A stretch of 64,000 nucleotides of DNA, taken from assembly GCA_965220135.1 (NCBI GenBank), contig OZ244802.1:2464164-2528163 (forward strand), given 5' to 3'. Both the position numbers and the translations under genes were made by a program. The DNA is from Chloroflexota bacterium (lineage in GTDB: Bacteria > Chloroflexota > UBA11872). The notes beneath the pieces are model-generated. The model did no database searches, was not told the DNA's origin, and saw only the letters and a list, made by a program, of their open reading frames with translations. Of this stretch, positions 47,025 through 56,070 are shown piece by piece; the stretch's first letter is position 1, and each line of letters opens with the position of its first letter.

Positions 47025-48008
47025 TCAACCGCCGAACCGGCGGTCCAGCACCGCGTTCGCCGCCCGCACCACGAGGGCAAACGCCACCAGCAGCCCGATC
47101 AGCGTGCCGGCCGTGCCCCAGGCCTCACCCTCCGCCGCCCAGGTGATCAGGGCAAACACCCCCCAGGCCGAGCCCACCAGGCCCAGGATGATCAGCGGGA
47201 AAATCACCCCGATGGCCATCACCGTATAGCCAACCGTCTGCCGCTCCAGGCCGTCGTCCACGACCCGAAAGGCGCGCCGGCTGGCGCGGTCCAGGTGATA
47301 CGCCGCCGTAAACCAGAAGACCCCCAGCACCAGCGGCGCGCCCACCCAGGCCGCCGCCACCAGGCTGGTCGATCGATGCACACGCGGATCGTCGGGCGCC
47401 GGAATCGCCGGCCAGCCCACGTCCAGCGTCAGCGCCGCCTGGACCGACTCCACGATCCCGCCCGACCATGGCATCGCCACCGAAACCAGCCCCCAGGTCA
47501 GCGCCCCCATCACCACGACGCCCAGAATCGTCAGCCCCGTCCCTCGCCACGTCCCCTCCAGGCGCCGCAGGCGGTCTTGGATCATGTCCAGGGTCTCTTG
47601 CAGCGTCAGTGGACGGTACGGATCGGCTGAAGCGGTCGACCCCGGCGCCTCAACCGGAGCCGATATCGGTCCGGCACGCTCGCCTGCGTCGCGGTCCCCA
47701 TCCGCCTCCGACCCCCGCACACGCCTGATGACCAGCGACGGCGACTCCGTCGGTGGCTCGTCGATGGCGTCCTCGCCAGACTCGGCGTCGGACCCGCGCC
47801 CGGGAACCGGTGCCGCCATTGGTTCCGCCTCGGCGCGTTCGACGGGCGGCTCTTCCGACGGCTGCCCGGGGCGCGCGTCAGCATCGCGGTCAGAAGAGGC
47901 CTCGGCAGAACCCCCGCGTCCCCCGAGCTCTGGCCGCTCTTCCTCCGTCTCCCCCTGGGAGAGGGTTGGGGTGAGGTTCTTCCGGGCAACCAAGCCGGGG
48001 TCAGGCAA
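47025..48008 (-). CDS. Hypothetical membrane protein with disordered N-terminus (start uncertain)
   Basis: Four or more TM helices in C-terminal half. Confidence 0.6.
   Translation of the reverse strand: MPDPGLVARKNLTPTLSQGETEEERPELGGRGGSAEASSDRDADARPGQPSEEPPVERAEAEPMAAPVPGRGSDAESGEDAIDEPPTESPSLVIRRVRGSEADGDRDAGERAGPISAPVEAPGSTASADPYRPLTLQETLDMIQDRLRRLEGTWRGTGLTILGVVVMGALTWGLVSVAMPWSGGIVESVQAALTLDVGWPAIPAPDDPRVHRSTSLVAAAWVGAPLVLGVFWFTAAYHLDRASRRAFRVVDDGLERQTVGYTVMAIGVIFPLIILGLVGSAWGVFALITWAAEGEAWGTAGTLIGLLVAFALVVRAANAVLDRRFGG
47948..47976. repeat. REP-like element inside a CDS
   Basis: TCTCCCCCTGGGAGAGGGTTGGGGTGAGG, read as LTPTLSQGE. Confidence 0.5.
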
Positions 48009-48167
48009 CGGTCTCTCGCGAGAGACCGGAGGCGGGTCCTCCGTCGGCCGGTCGGCTTCGCTGCCGGATGACCGGTCTCGACGCGGACGCGGCGGTCGCG
48101 GACGGCTGGGGATAGGTCGGTCCTCTGGTCCATGCGCTGTGGGCCGATTCTACGGAGACGCGCAGGC

Positions 48168-48824
48168 GTGACCGGCGCCTCGCCCCCGCCGGAGCGGCCT
48201 CCCGGCGATCCCGACGCCTGGGTCCGCACCCATCGCGCCACCTACGAGCGCATGGCCGTGGACTACGCCCGCCGCATCGACGACTACGCCGCCGCGGACG
48301 AAGCCGAACGCTTTGTCGACTTGGCAGCCCCCTCCGAATGGACGGGTCCGCGCGTCCTGGACGCCGGCTGCGGCCCCGGACGCGACGCCGCCCTGCTCCG
48401 GCTCGCCGGCGCCGAGGTCGTGGGCCTCGACCTCGCCCGCGCCATGCTCCGGCAAGCCCGTTCGCTGGACGACTCCGGCCATGTCTGCCAGGGCGACCTC
48501 CGCCGCCTCCCCTTCCGCGCGGCTTCGTTCGACGCCGTCTGGTGCTTCGCCGCCCTCGGCCACCTGCCGCCCTCGGCCATACCCATAGCGCTCGCCGAAT
48601 TCCGTCGCGTCCTCAACGGCGGCTGGCTTTACATCGTCGTCCGCCAGGGTTCAGGCGTCCGCACCGCCTCCTGGCAAGGCTCCCTCCCCCGCTACTTCAC
48701 CGACCTCACACCCCAAACCCTCACCACCGCCCTCCACGCCGCCAACTTCACCATCCACCACCAAACCACCTGGCCCGCCCCCACCCAAACCCCCTGGCTC
48801 CACACCATCGCGAGAGTTGGCTGA
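48168..48824 (+). CDS. Class I SAM-dependent methyltransferase
   Basis: VLDAGCGPG, GDLRRLPF, FDAVW. Confidence 0.88.
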   Translation: MTGASPPPERPPGDPDAWVRTHRATYERMAVDYARRIDDYAAADEAERFVDLAAPSEWTGPRVLDAGCGPGRDAALLRLAGAEVVGLDLARAMLRQARSLDDSGHVCQGDLRRLPFRAASFDAVWCFAALGHLPPSAIPIALAEFRRVLNGGWLYIVVRQGSGVRTASWQGSLPRYFTDLTPQTLTTALHAANFTIHHQTTWPAPTQTPWLHTIARVG

Positions 48825-48831
48825 GGGACGA

Positions 48832-49292
48832 TCAGTCGTTCAACCAGGCCTCGTCCGTAGCCCGGCAAACGTGGTTCTGCCTCAGATCCAGACCGTGGTC
48901 GTCAACCGAAAGTCTGAATTACGACGGCGGCGGCCCGTTCCGGCTGCTGAGCACGCCCTCGATCACGCCCTCGATCCTGGCAACGCGCTCGGTGAGTGCA
49001 GTCACGTCGCGCCAGAGCGCCATGATCATGGTGCCGAGAATTCCACCCAGCGCGACACCAACGCTAAGAATCCCTATCAGTTCTGGCGACATTCCGTCAG
49101 CTCCCTGTGTGGTCGTCCTGGTCCGCCGCCCACTAAATTCTAACCGCAGCGAACTCGCATGCCATTTCAGCATTTACATTGACACTAGTCAGACACCCTG
49201 CGAACAGAAGACTACCGATCTGATCTCGCCGCGCGCCACTACCCACGAAGGTCCCAGGCAATTGCCTCAGTCGTTCAACCAGGCCTCGTCCG
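48832..49292. mobile_element. Mini-cassette bounded by a 26-bp perfect direct repeat (48832-48857, 49267-49292)
   Basis: TCAGTCGTTCAACCAGGCCTCGTCCG occurs twice and equals the 3' end of gene 49267-49935. Confidence 0.65.
48919..49092 (-). CDS. Small single-TM plus coiled-coil protein (57 aa)
   Basis: MSPELIGILSVGVALGG...ERVARIEGVIEG; SD AGGGAG. Confidence 0.75.
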   Translation of the reverse strand: MSPELIGILSVGVALGGILGTMIMALWRDVTALTERVARIEGVIEGVLSSRNGPPPS

Positions 49293-49935
49293 GCGCCTCG
49301 CGCGGGCGCCCGCCGGCGGCGCTGTGGCGCTCGATGGCCGTCACCACAGCCCGCAGAAACCCGTCCAGTTCCTCCAGGTGCCCGCGCAACGCCTCGGCCA
49401 CCGGCGCGCGACCGATCGGACCCGGCACTCGATCCGATTCACCCTCCCGAAACGTCACCGGCGACTGCGCCACCCGCCGCCCGATGCCCGAAATATCGCC
49501 CAGCCAGACCCGTCGCTCCTGCAGCGCCGACCCCAGCGCAGGGTCCAGGAACATCAGGCGGCCCACCAGCTCACGACCGCCGGGATCCGGACGCACGCGC
49601 GGCGACAGCCGCAGGTCAAACGCTTCGGCCAGCCAGCGGCCCGCTTGCCAGACGTTGTCCGCCACGTGCCGCAGAGCCGCCCCTGCCAGCAGATCGAACT
49701 CCGCGGTGGCCGGATCGGCCTGGGCCGCCCGCGCCGCCGCTACGGCTGCCAGCCGGTAGTGCCCAAACACGCTCCACGCGCAATCCGAAACCGTGGTACC
49801 AGCCTCGCCCGCATACGACTCCAGCAGCGCCCAGCCGAATTCCAGATCGACTTCGACGCCACCAGGCAACGGCCGCCGCAACGCCCCCAAATCAGGCGGC
49901 GCAGCCGCCGGTCGACTCCCGAACAGATTGTCCAC
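49267..49935 (-). CDS. Hypothetical protein
   Basis: Protein-like ORF of 222 aa downstream of NYN gene. Confidence 0.6.
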   Translation of the reverse strand: MDNLFGSRPAAAPPDLGALRRPLPGGVEVDLEFGWALLESYAGEAGTTVSDCAWSVFGHYRLAAVAAARAAQADPATAEFDLLAGAALRHVADNVWQAGRWLAEAFDLRLSPRVRPDPGGRELVGRLMFLDPALGSALQERRVWLGDISGIGRRVAQSPVTFREGESDRVPGPIGRAPVAEALRGHLEELDGFLRAVVTAIERHSAAGGRPREAPDEAWLND

Positions 49936-49963
49936 AAGACGGCCCGTCCTTCTTATCCGATCG

Positions 49964-50593
49964 CTACCAACCGGGCGGTTTGGCGATCACGCCAGTCTCG
50001 TCTGTCAGCGTGTCGGGGAGTTGGCTTCGTCGCAGGTGGCTGACCCAGAGCCGCTTCACGTAGGTCGCGGCATCCGCTAGTTCTCTGGGGCTGGTGTTAC
50101 CGGGGTCAGGATTGACCAGGACGACCCGAAGGTCCAGGTTGTCTCGCACATATTGCATCGCGCCGGCAAAGTCGGCGTCGTTGGACACCACGACCGCCTG
50201 TTCGTACTCCCCGTTGAATCCGTCCACCAGCAGTCGCGTGGCCAGATTTACGTCCGACCCCTTTTCCTCCGAATCCTTGAACAGCATATGGGTCGGCAGG
50301 CCCGGCGCGGGCTCCGCCAGCGGACGCCGCTTGACCCCGGATCGAAATCTTCCGTAGTAAGTGTCCAATCCAGGCAGCGTCGCCAGCGCTCTCAAGTACA
50401 CGAGTTGACGACGAGGTTGATTGGGATTCCCCGGCCGGGCGACGAGCCGGGCGGTGAAGTAGCAGACTCTATGGATGGAGTCCTGCGGAAAGAGAATCTC
50501 GGCCAGCTTCCGCAGATCCAGCCACCTGAACGGTGTGTCTTTGAGAGCGCGGTAGTAAAGATTGAAGCCGTCAACGTAGACGTTGGTGACCAA
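49964..50593 (-). CDS. NYN domain (PIN-fold) ribonuclease-like protein
   Basis: VYVDGFNLYY, EEKGSDVNLA, VSNDADF acidic active-site residues. Confidence 0.92.
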   Translation of the reverse strand: MVTNVYVDGFNLYYRALKDTPFRWLDLRKLAEILFPQDSIHRVCYFTARLVARPGNPNQPRRQLVYLRALATLPGLDTYYGRFRSGVKRRPLAEPAPGLPTHMLFKDSEEKGSDVNLATRLLVDGFNGEYEQAVVVSNDADFAGAMQYVRDNLDLRVVLVNPDPGNTSPRELADAATYVKRLWVSHLRRSQLPDTLTDETGVIAKPPGW

Positions 50594-50615
50594 CCGCTAG
50601 TCTCTCGCAATGACA

Positions 50616-50666
50616 GAGACCGCCCCGAAGGACGGTCTCGACCCTACCGGCGAAGCGATAGGGGTG
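50616..50666 (-). ncRNA. Putative structured RNA (two adjacent hairpins) upstream of NYN gene
   Basis: ACCCCTATCG-CTTCGC-CGGTAGGGT then GAGACCGTCC-TTCG-GGGCGGTCTC, after TTGACG-18-TAGGGT. Confidence 0.5.
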
Positions 50667-50891
50667 GTACGTGACCCTACGGCGAGCCCCATGCGGCCGT
50701 CAACTGGTGTTTCTTTTGCGGGGTCGTTGCCAGATTCCCTCAACGCCTCCACATAAGGCGCAGCAGCCTTCCGCGGTCCTCCGAACAGATTCATGAGACT
50801 CCAACGCAGCCCCCGTCGGTCGTCCGCAGCCTAGCCGCGACCGCCCGGCCCGGCGAGCGAGACAGACCGACGCCTCACGACCACTGCCGGA

Positions 50892-50907
50892 TGTTTCACG
50901 TGAAACA
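50892..50907. promoter_or_regulatory. parS: parS centromere-like site
   Basis: Exact TGTTTCACGTGAAACA; palindrome extends to 24 bp (50888-50911). Confidence 0.9.
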
Positions 50908-50997
50908 TCCGCCGCCACCAACCACCAGCCACTGAAGCGCTACCTCCCACGGCTACACTGAGCGGTCTCTCTCGCCCCCACTCCTGGCCCTATCCCC

Positions 50998-52761
50998 ATG
51001 CAACGCATGTCGCGGCTCTTTGCCCGCACGCTTCGCGACGATCCCGCCGAGGCGTCGATCGTCTCCCACCGCCTGCTCCTGCGCGCCGGCTACATCCGGC
51101 CCTTGGGCGCCGGCATCTACAGCCTGTTGCCGCTGGGCTGGCGGGTGCACTGCCGCGTGGTGCAGATCGTGCGTGAGGAGATGGACCGCATCGGCTGCCA
51201 GGAACTGCTGATGCCCGTCGTCCACCCTTCGGACCTCTGGGAGCGCACCGGCCGGTTCCACACGGTCGGCTCCGAGATGGCCCGCCTCAAGGACCGCTGG
51301 GGCCGCGACATGGTCCTGGCCATGACCCACGAGGAGGTCGCCACCGAGCTTGGCCAGTGGGTCGCCTCCTCCTACCGCCAGCTGCCCGCCTGCATCTACC
51401 ACTTCCAGACCAAGTTCCGCGACGAACCGCGCCCCCGCGGCGGCCTGCTGCGAGTCCGCGAGTTCACCATGAAAGACGCCTACAGCTTCGACACCGACCT
51501 GGAGACCCAGGAGGCCACCTACCAGGACTTCATGGAGGCCTACCTGCGCTCCTTCCGCCGCTGCGGCATCGAACCCGCCATCGTCGAGTCCGACGCCGGC
51601 GCCATGCGCGGTTCCGGCGCCCACGAGTTCCACTGCCTCACCGAGGCCGGCGAGGACACCCTGGTCGTCAGCGCCTCGGGCGACTACGCCGCCAACATCG
51701 AGATCGCCAAGGCCCAGAAGCCCGTCTTCGACCACGGCGAACCGCAACCCGTCGAAAGGGTCGCCACGCCCGGCCAGGAAACCATCGACGACGTGGCCGC
51801 CTTCCTGGGCGTGGAAACCCACCAGACCCTCAAGGCCGTCTTCTACTGGACCGGCGACGCCCTGGCCTTCGTCGCCATCCGCGGCGACCTGCAGGTCAAC
51901 GAGGCCAAACTCCGCACCCTCCTGCAAGCGCCTGACCTGCGCCTCGCCGCCGACCAGGAGCTTGAGGCCGCCGGCCTCGTCGCCGGCTACGCCTCACCCG
52001 TCGGTCTGTCCAACGTCACCGTCGTAGTCGACGACTCGGTCGAGTCCGCCACCAACCTCGTCGCCGGCGCCAACGAGCCCGGCTACCACCTCACCAACGT
52101 CAACTTTCCGCGCGACTTCCAGGCCGACCTGCGCGGCGACATCGCCCAGGTGCGCTCCGGCGACCGCAGCATTGATGGCGACGAGCCGCTGCAGCTGATG
52201 ACCGGCATCGAGATCGGCAACACCTTCAAGCTCGGCACCTTCTACAGCGACAAGCTGGACGCCCAGTACCTGGGCGCCGACGGCCGCCGCCACCCCTTCG
52301 TCATGGGCTCCTACGGTATCGGCATCGGTCGCCTCGCCGCCTCGGTGGTGGAGCGCTACCACGACAGTGACGGCATCGTCTGGCCCGTCAGCGTCGCCCC
52401 CTACGACGTCCACATCGTGCAACTGGGTAAAGGCGACGTAGCCGCTGACGCCGAGCGCCTGGCCGGGGAACTGGAAGAAGCCGGCCTCTCAGTCCTGTTG
52501 GACGATCGCGGCGACAGCGCCGGCGTCAAGTTCAACGACGCCGACCTCATCGGCCTGCCCTTCCGCTGCACCGTCAGCCGCCGCACCCTGGCCGCCTCCG
52601 CCGTCGAGTTCAAACCCCGCGCCGCCAGCGACCGCCAGTCCATCCCCCGCGACCAGATCGTCAGCACCGTGCTTGAGGCCCGCGCCGAGGCCCTAGCCGC
52701 CTTGACCCCGGACGCACCCGTATCGATGCCCCCGATCAGCACATCCGGAGGCAACCCCTAG
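50998..52761 (+). CDS. proS: Proline--tRNA ligase with editing domain
   Basis: THEE, KFRDEPRPRGGLLRVREFTMKDAYSF, GIEIGNTFKLG, MGSYGIGIGR. Confidence 0.97.
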   Translation: MQRMSRLFARTLRDDPAEASIVSHRLLLRAGYIRPLGAGIYSLLPLGWRVHCRVVQIVREEMDRIGCQELLMPVVHPSDLWERTGRFHTVGSEMARLKDRWGRDMVLAMTHEEVATELGQWVASSYRQLPACIYHFQTKFRDEPRPRGGLLRVREFTMKDAYSFDTDLETQEATYQDFMEAYLRSFRRCGIEPAIVESDAGAMRGSGAHEFHCLTEAGEDTLVVSASGDYAANIEIAKAQKPVFDHGEPQPVERVATPGQETIDDVAAFLGVETHQTLKAVFYWTGDALAFVAIRGDLQVNEAKLRTLLQAPDLRLAADQELEAAGLVAGYASPVGLSNVTVVVDDSVESATNLVAGANEPGYHLTNVNFPRDFQADLRGDIAQVRSGDRSIDGDEPLQLMTGIEIGNTFKLGTFYSDKLDAQYLGADGRRHPFVMGSYGIGIGRLAASVVERYHDSDGIVWPVSVAPYDVHIVQLGKGDVAADAERLAGELEEAGLSVLLDDRGDSAGVKFNDADLIGLPFRCTVSRRTLAASAVEFKPRAASDRQSIPRDQIVSTVLEARAEALAALTPDAPVSMPPISTSGGNP

Positions 52762-52821
52762 GCACTGGCATCGGGCGGCACATCGGCCCCCGTTTCCAAG
52801 CCGCGGCTCGGAGCGTACGAT

Positions 52822-53649
52822 TCAGCCCTGCGGCTTGTAGGCGATGCTCTCGCCGTAGGCCACGGCGCCAAACGCGCCCGGGTGGCTCATCCACCGCTTC
52901 AGCGCCTGCTCCAGGTTATCCAGCTGCTGCTGCGTCGCCACGCCGTACGCCGTCGCCGAGGAGCGAACGTCGGCCGAGAAGAACCAGTTTTCGATGACGC
53001 GGGAGAAGTAGCCAATGTCTGCTTCTGTTGTGTAACACGTGAACGAAGCCGTCGCCCTTATGTCGGTGAACCCCGCGTCCAGCAGATGGCGCTTCAGGTC
53101 CCGTCCGATATTGGGGTGCCCGTCATCGGCGGTCATGAGCTCTGCCAGCGTGAGCCACGCGTCGTTGATGACTTCGAAGTCCGGCGCCAGAAACGAATTC
53201 TCGAGGATCCACTCCCGCACGGAAATCAGCCCGCCGGGCTTCAACACCCGCTTCGCCTCGGCAAGCACGGCCTCGGTATCGGGAACATGGGCAAGGATCG
53301 CGTGGCCGTGAACGACATCGAATCGGTCGTCGTCGAACGCGAGCCCGGTCACGTCGCCAACCCGGAACGTCGCGTTGTCGTGCCCGCCCGCTTCAGCGAC
53401 CGACCTCGCCAGGTCCACCTGCGACGGCTCCATGTCGACGCCGTACAACGCCCCGGGGGCTATCGCCTCGGCCAAGCCAACCGACAGGGTGCCCGGTCCA
53501 CATCCCAGGTCAAGTACCCGCAGGCCGGGCTTCAGGTGCGGGAGCAGATGCGCGGCGTGGGAGTGCACCGTGTGCCGCCGGAGATGCTGGAGCATGCTCT
53601 CACTGAAGCCGAACGTGTAATACGGCGTGCCGGACGTCTCGTCGGTCAT
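52822..53649 (-). CDS. Class I SAM-dependent methyltransferase (UbiE-like)
   Basis: LKPGLRVLDLGCGPG, FDVVH, RVLKPGG. Confidence 0.9.
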   Translation of the reverse strand: MTDETSGTPYYTFGFSESMLQHLRRHTVHSHAAHLLPHLKPGLRVLDLGCGPGTLSVGLAEAIAPGALYGVDMEPSQVDLARSVAEAGGHDNATFRVGDVTGLAFDDDRFDVVHGHAILAHVPDTEAVLAEAKRVLKPGGLISVREWILENSFLAPDFEVINDAWLTLAELMTADDGHPNIGRDLKRHLLDAGFTDIRATASFTCYTTEADIGYFSRVIENWFFSADVRSSATAYGVATQQQLDNLEQALKRWMSHPGAFGAVAYGESIAYKPQG

Positions 53650-53960
53650 CAGTGCTCTCAGACCCTGCGGGGGTCGACTCGCAACCCTCCGGGCAGCCCG
53701 CGATTGTCAAGCCGCCGCCGCCCACGGGTCAAATCCACCGGCGCACCCTGGCCGCTCTGACTCCGGCCGCACCCGGGTGGCCACCCCTCCACTCGAAGCC
53801 ACGGCCGTTGTCCGCCAACGATTCGTCCTTGGGGCGGCCTGGACCGAGCATCCGTCAGTTCATTCCGAGTCGCGGGCCTGGCCCCATTCGCCGGATGTCA
53901 CCCCGCGCCTAGAATGTCCCCGATCCCGCCACCTGACGCGGCGGCTGATAGGGCGTGGGC

Positions 53961-55073
53961 ATGTCGTGGATTAGAGATCCGCAACGCGATTCGCGCGAAG
54001 ACATTCGCGCGGCTCAGCAGGCCCTGGTGTACGCGGGCTATCCGCACGGCGATGCCGTGGCCGCGGTCACGACCCACCTCCATCGCGTCCGCGCCGCCCT
54101 GGCCGCCCCGCGCCATGCCGCCGTTGCCGGATTCCTGACCGGCGCGTCCATGGTATTCGGCGCGTTTCTGGTGCTCACCCTGGCGCTGGGTGGCCTTGGC
54201 CTGGTGATGGGCGCTACCGGAGATTCAGGGACTCCCGGCCAACTCGTTCCCGCCCCACCCGCCGCGCCCTCAGCCCCGCAAGCCGACCCGGACCCCGGAT
54301 CGCCGCTTGGGGTCCTGCCGGCGGTGGCGTTGGCCGCGCCGGTCCTGGGCCTGGCCGGCGCGGGCATGTCGCGCGTCACGCGCAACCGCTGGCGCCGCGC
54401 CGGCGTCCTGCAAACCTTCGGCGACCTGCGCCAGCGCCGCCGATATCTCCTGGAAACCGCCGTCGTCTGGCTGGCCGTGGCCGGGCTCATCGTGCTGATC
54501 GTCTGGGCCATGGCCGGCCCTGAATTGGGCGCCACCGTGGCGCAGATGCTGGCCTTCTTTGGAGTGCCGGTCGGCGCGGCCGCCTTCGCCGCCTGGTTCC
54601 CCAAGCTCTATGCCTGGATCCTGCCGCGGGTGAGCCCGGTCGACGCCGCCGCGGCCGCCCGGCCAATCATCGAACGCGAGGCCGCGCGACAGATCAAGAC
54701 CGAGCGCGACTTCTACGGCGCCAGCGGCTACGACCGCACCGCCTACGACCGCAACCGCTGGGCCGACGAGATCCTGGGGACGGAATCCCAGGGCTACTTC
54801 GCCGAGGCCCAGCGCCGCGAAGACAGGGCCCGCGACATCGCCCAGCGTTCCGGGTCGTATTCGTACGGCATGTCGGTCGGACGCCGGCTCGCGCGCTACG
54901 CCCTGATCACGGGCGTGACCACGCTGGCCATGTGGTTCTTCATCAGCCGGCTCCTCTGGATCATGCTCGTAGATGAGCCTGGCCCCGGGGCGGGCGTCCT
55001 GGCCCTGTTCCTCGGCGCCGTCATAGGCCTCGGCCTCACCTGGCTCTACGCCCGCTACTTCGAGGGCCTATGA
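53961..55073 (+). CDS. Hypothetical membrane protein, paralog A (module A plus module B)
   Basis: DPQRDS.EDI, PRVSP.DAAA, YDR..WADE shared with gene at 56071; ends YARYFEGL. Confidence 0.75.
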   Translation: MSWIRDPQRDSREDIRAAQQALVYAGYPHGDAVAAVTTHLHRVRAALAAPRHAAVAGFLTGASMVFGAFLVLTLALGGLGLVMGATGDSGTPGQLVPAPPAAPSAPQADPDPGSPLGVLPAVALAAPVLGLAGAGMSRVTRNRWRRAGVLQTFGDLRQRRRYLLETAVVWLAVAGLIVLIVWAMAGPELGATVAQMLAFFGVPVGAAAFAAWFPKLYAWILPRVSPVDAAAAARPIIEREAARQIKTERDFYGASGYDRTAYDRNRWADEILGTESQGYFAEAQRREDRARDIAQRSGSYSYGMSVGRRLARYALITGVTTLAMWFFISRLLWIMLVDEPGPGAGVLALFLGAVIGLGLTWLYARYFEGL

Positions 55074-55104
55074 TCGCCCGGTCGGCACCGCCACCCCGGT
55101 CACC

Positions 55105-55557
55105 ATGAGCTCCAGGCGCCGAGCGGACCGCGATCGCGTGCATCGCCCGTTTGCCGATCCGCTGGAAACCTTCAGCGAAAATTCAAGCCGGCCGTCTCGA
55201 ACCCAGCGTCACCGTGCGGAGGCGGAACGCCGGCAGCAGGCGGAACGCGACGTCGATCGCCTCGCCGCCGGCCACGATGCGCCGCGCGGCCAACGGCTGC
55301 TGATCTACGGGCTGCTCACCGCCCTGATCACCATCATCGGCTGGCGCATGCTGCATTGGTTCGTCCACTTCAGCTCCGTCAAACCCCTCAGCGGCGGAGG
55401 AGCCATCGTGGGCCGCAGCGGCCGCGACATCATCGCCTCCGGCTTCGAGACCCCACCGCCGCCGCCCGCCTGGATCGATCCCGTCGGCCTCGCCCTCGGC
55501 CTGGCCCTGGGCCTCCTCGTCACCTGGATATACGCCCGCTACTTCCAAAACCTGTGA
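55105..55557 (+). CDS. Hypothetical 2-TM protein (module B paralog)
   Basis: Ends GLLVTWIYARYFQNL, similar to the C-terminus of the upstream gene. Confidence 0.7.
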   Translation: MSSRRRADRDRVHRPFADPLETFSENSSRPSRTQRHRAEAERRQQAERDVDRLAAGHDAPRGQRLLIYGLLTALITIIGWRMLHWFVHFSSVKPLSGGGAIVGRSGRDIIASGFETPPPPPAWIDPVGLALGLALGLLVTWIYARYFQNL

Positions 55558-55649
55558 GCGCCCGGGATCGCCGGCGGCGGCGTAGCCCACATCGCGGATT
55601 CTCAAGGCTTTGCCACCGTTCTCGTCTCGCCCGGCGAGAGAGCTAGCTC

Positions 55650-56054
55650 GTGCAGCTCGACTTCGCCTTCATCTGCGACTACGCCGACAGCACCTCCAAG
55701 GTTGTGGCCATAGGCATCGGGTTCGACCGGATTCATGCCCCCAGCCTCCCCACCCGCCATCCCCGCCTCTGCGTCGTCGCCCGTTTCCGCGCGCACAAGA
55801 CTGAAATCGGCTGCAAGCAGGCACGGGTCGTCATCATGGACGCCGACGGCTCCGAAACCGCGGCGGTCCAGGGCGACGTCGAGTTCACCGACCCGATCGC
55901 CCGCCTCGAAACCACCGCCACCCTGGTCGTCAACTTCGACAACCTCACCTTCGACCACTACGGCCCCTACTCCGCCCACGTCCTCCTCGACGGCAACGAT
56001 ATGCACCGCATGCCCTTCGAAGTCTCCGAACCTCCGGCCAGGGACGACCCGTAG
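55650..56054 (+). CDS. DUF6941-like beta-sandwich protein
   Basis: MQLDFAFICDYA, FDRI.A..LP..HP, LTFDHYGPY. Confidence 0.7.
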   Translation: MQLDFAFICDYADSTSKVVAIGIGFDRIHAPSLPTRHPRLCVVARFRAHKTEIGCKQARVVIMDADGSETAAVQGDVEFTDPIARLETTATLVVNFDNLTFDHYGPYSAHVLLDGNDMHRMPFEVSEPPARDDP

Positions 56055-56070
56055 CGGGGGAGTTGAGTTC

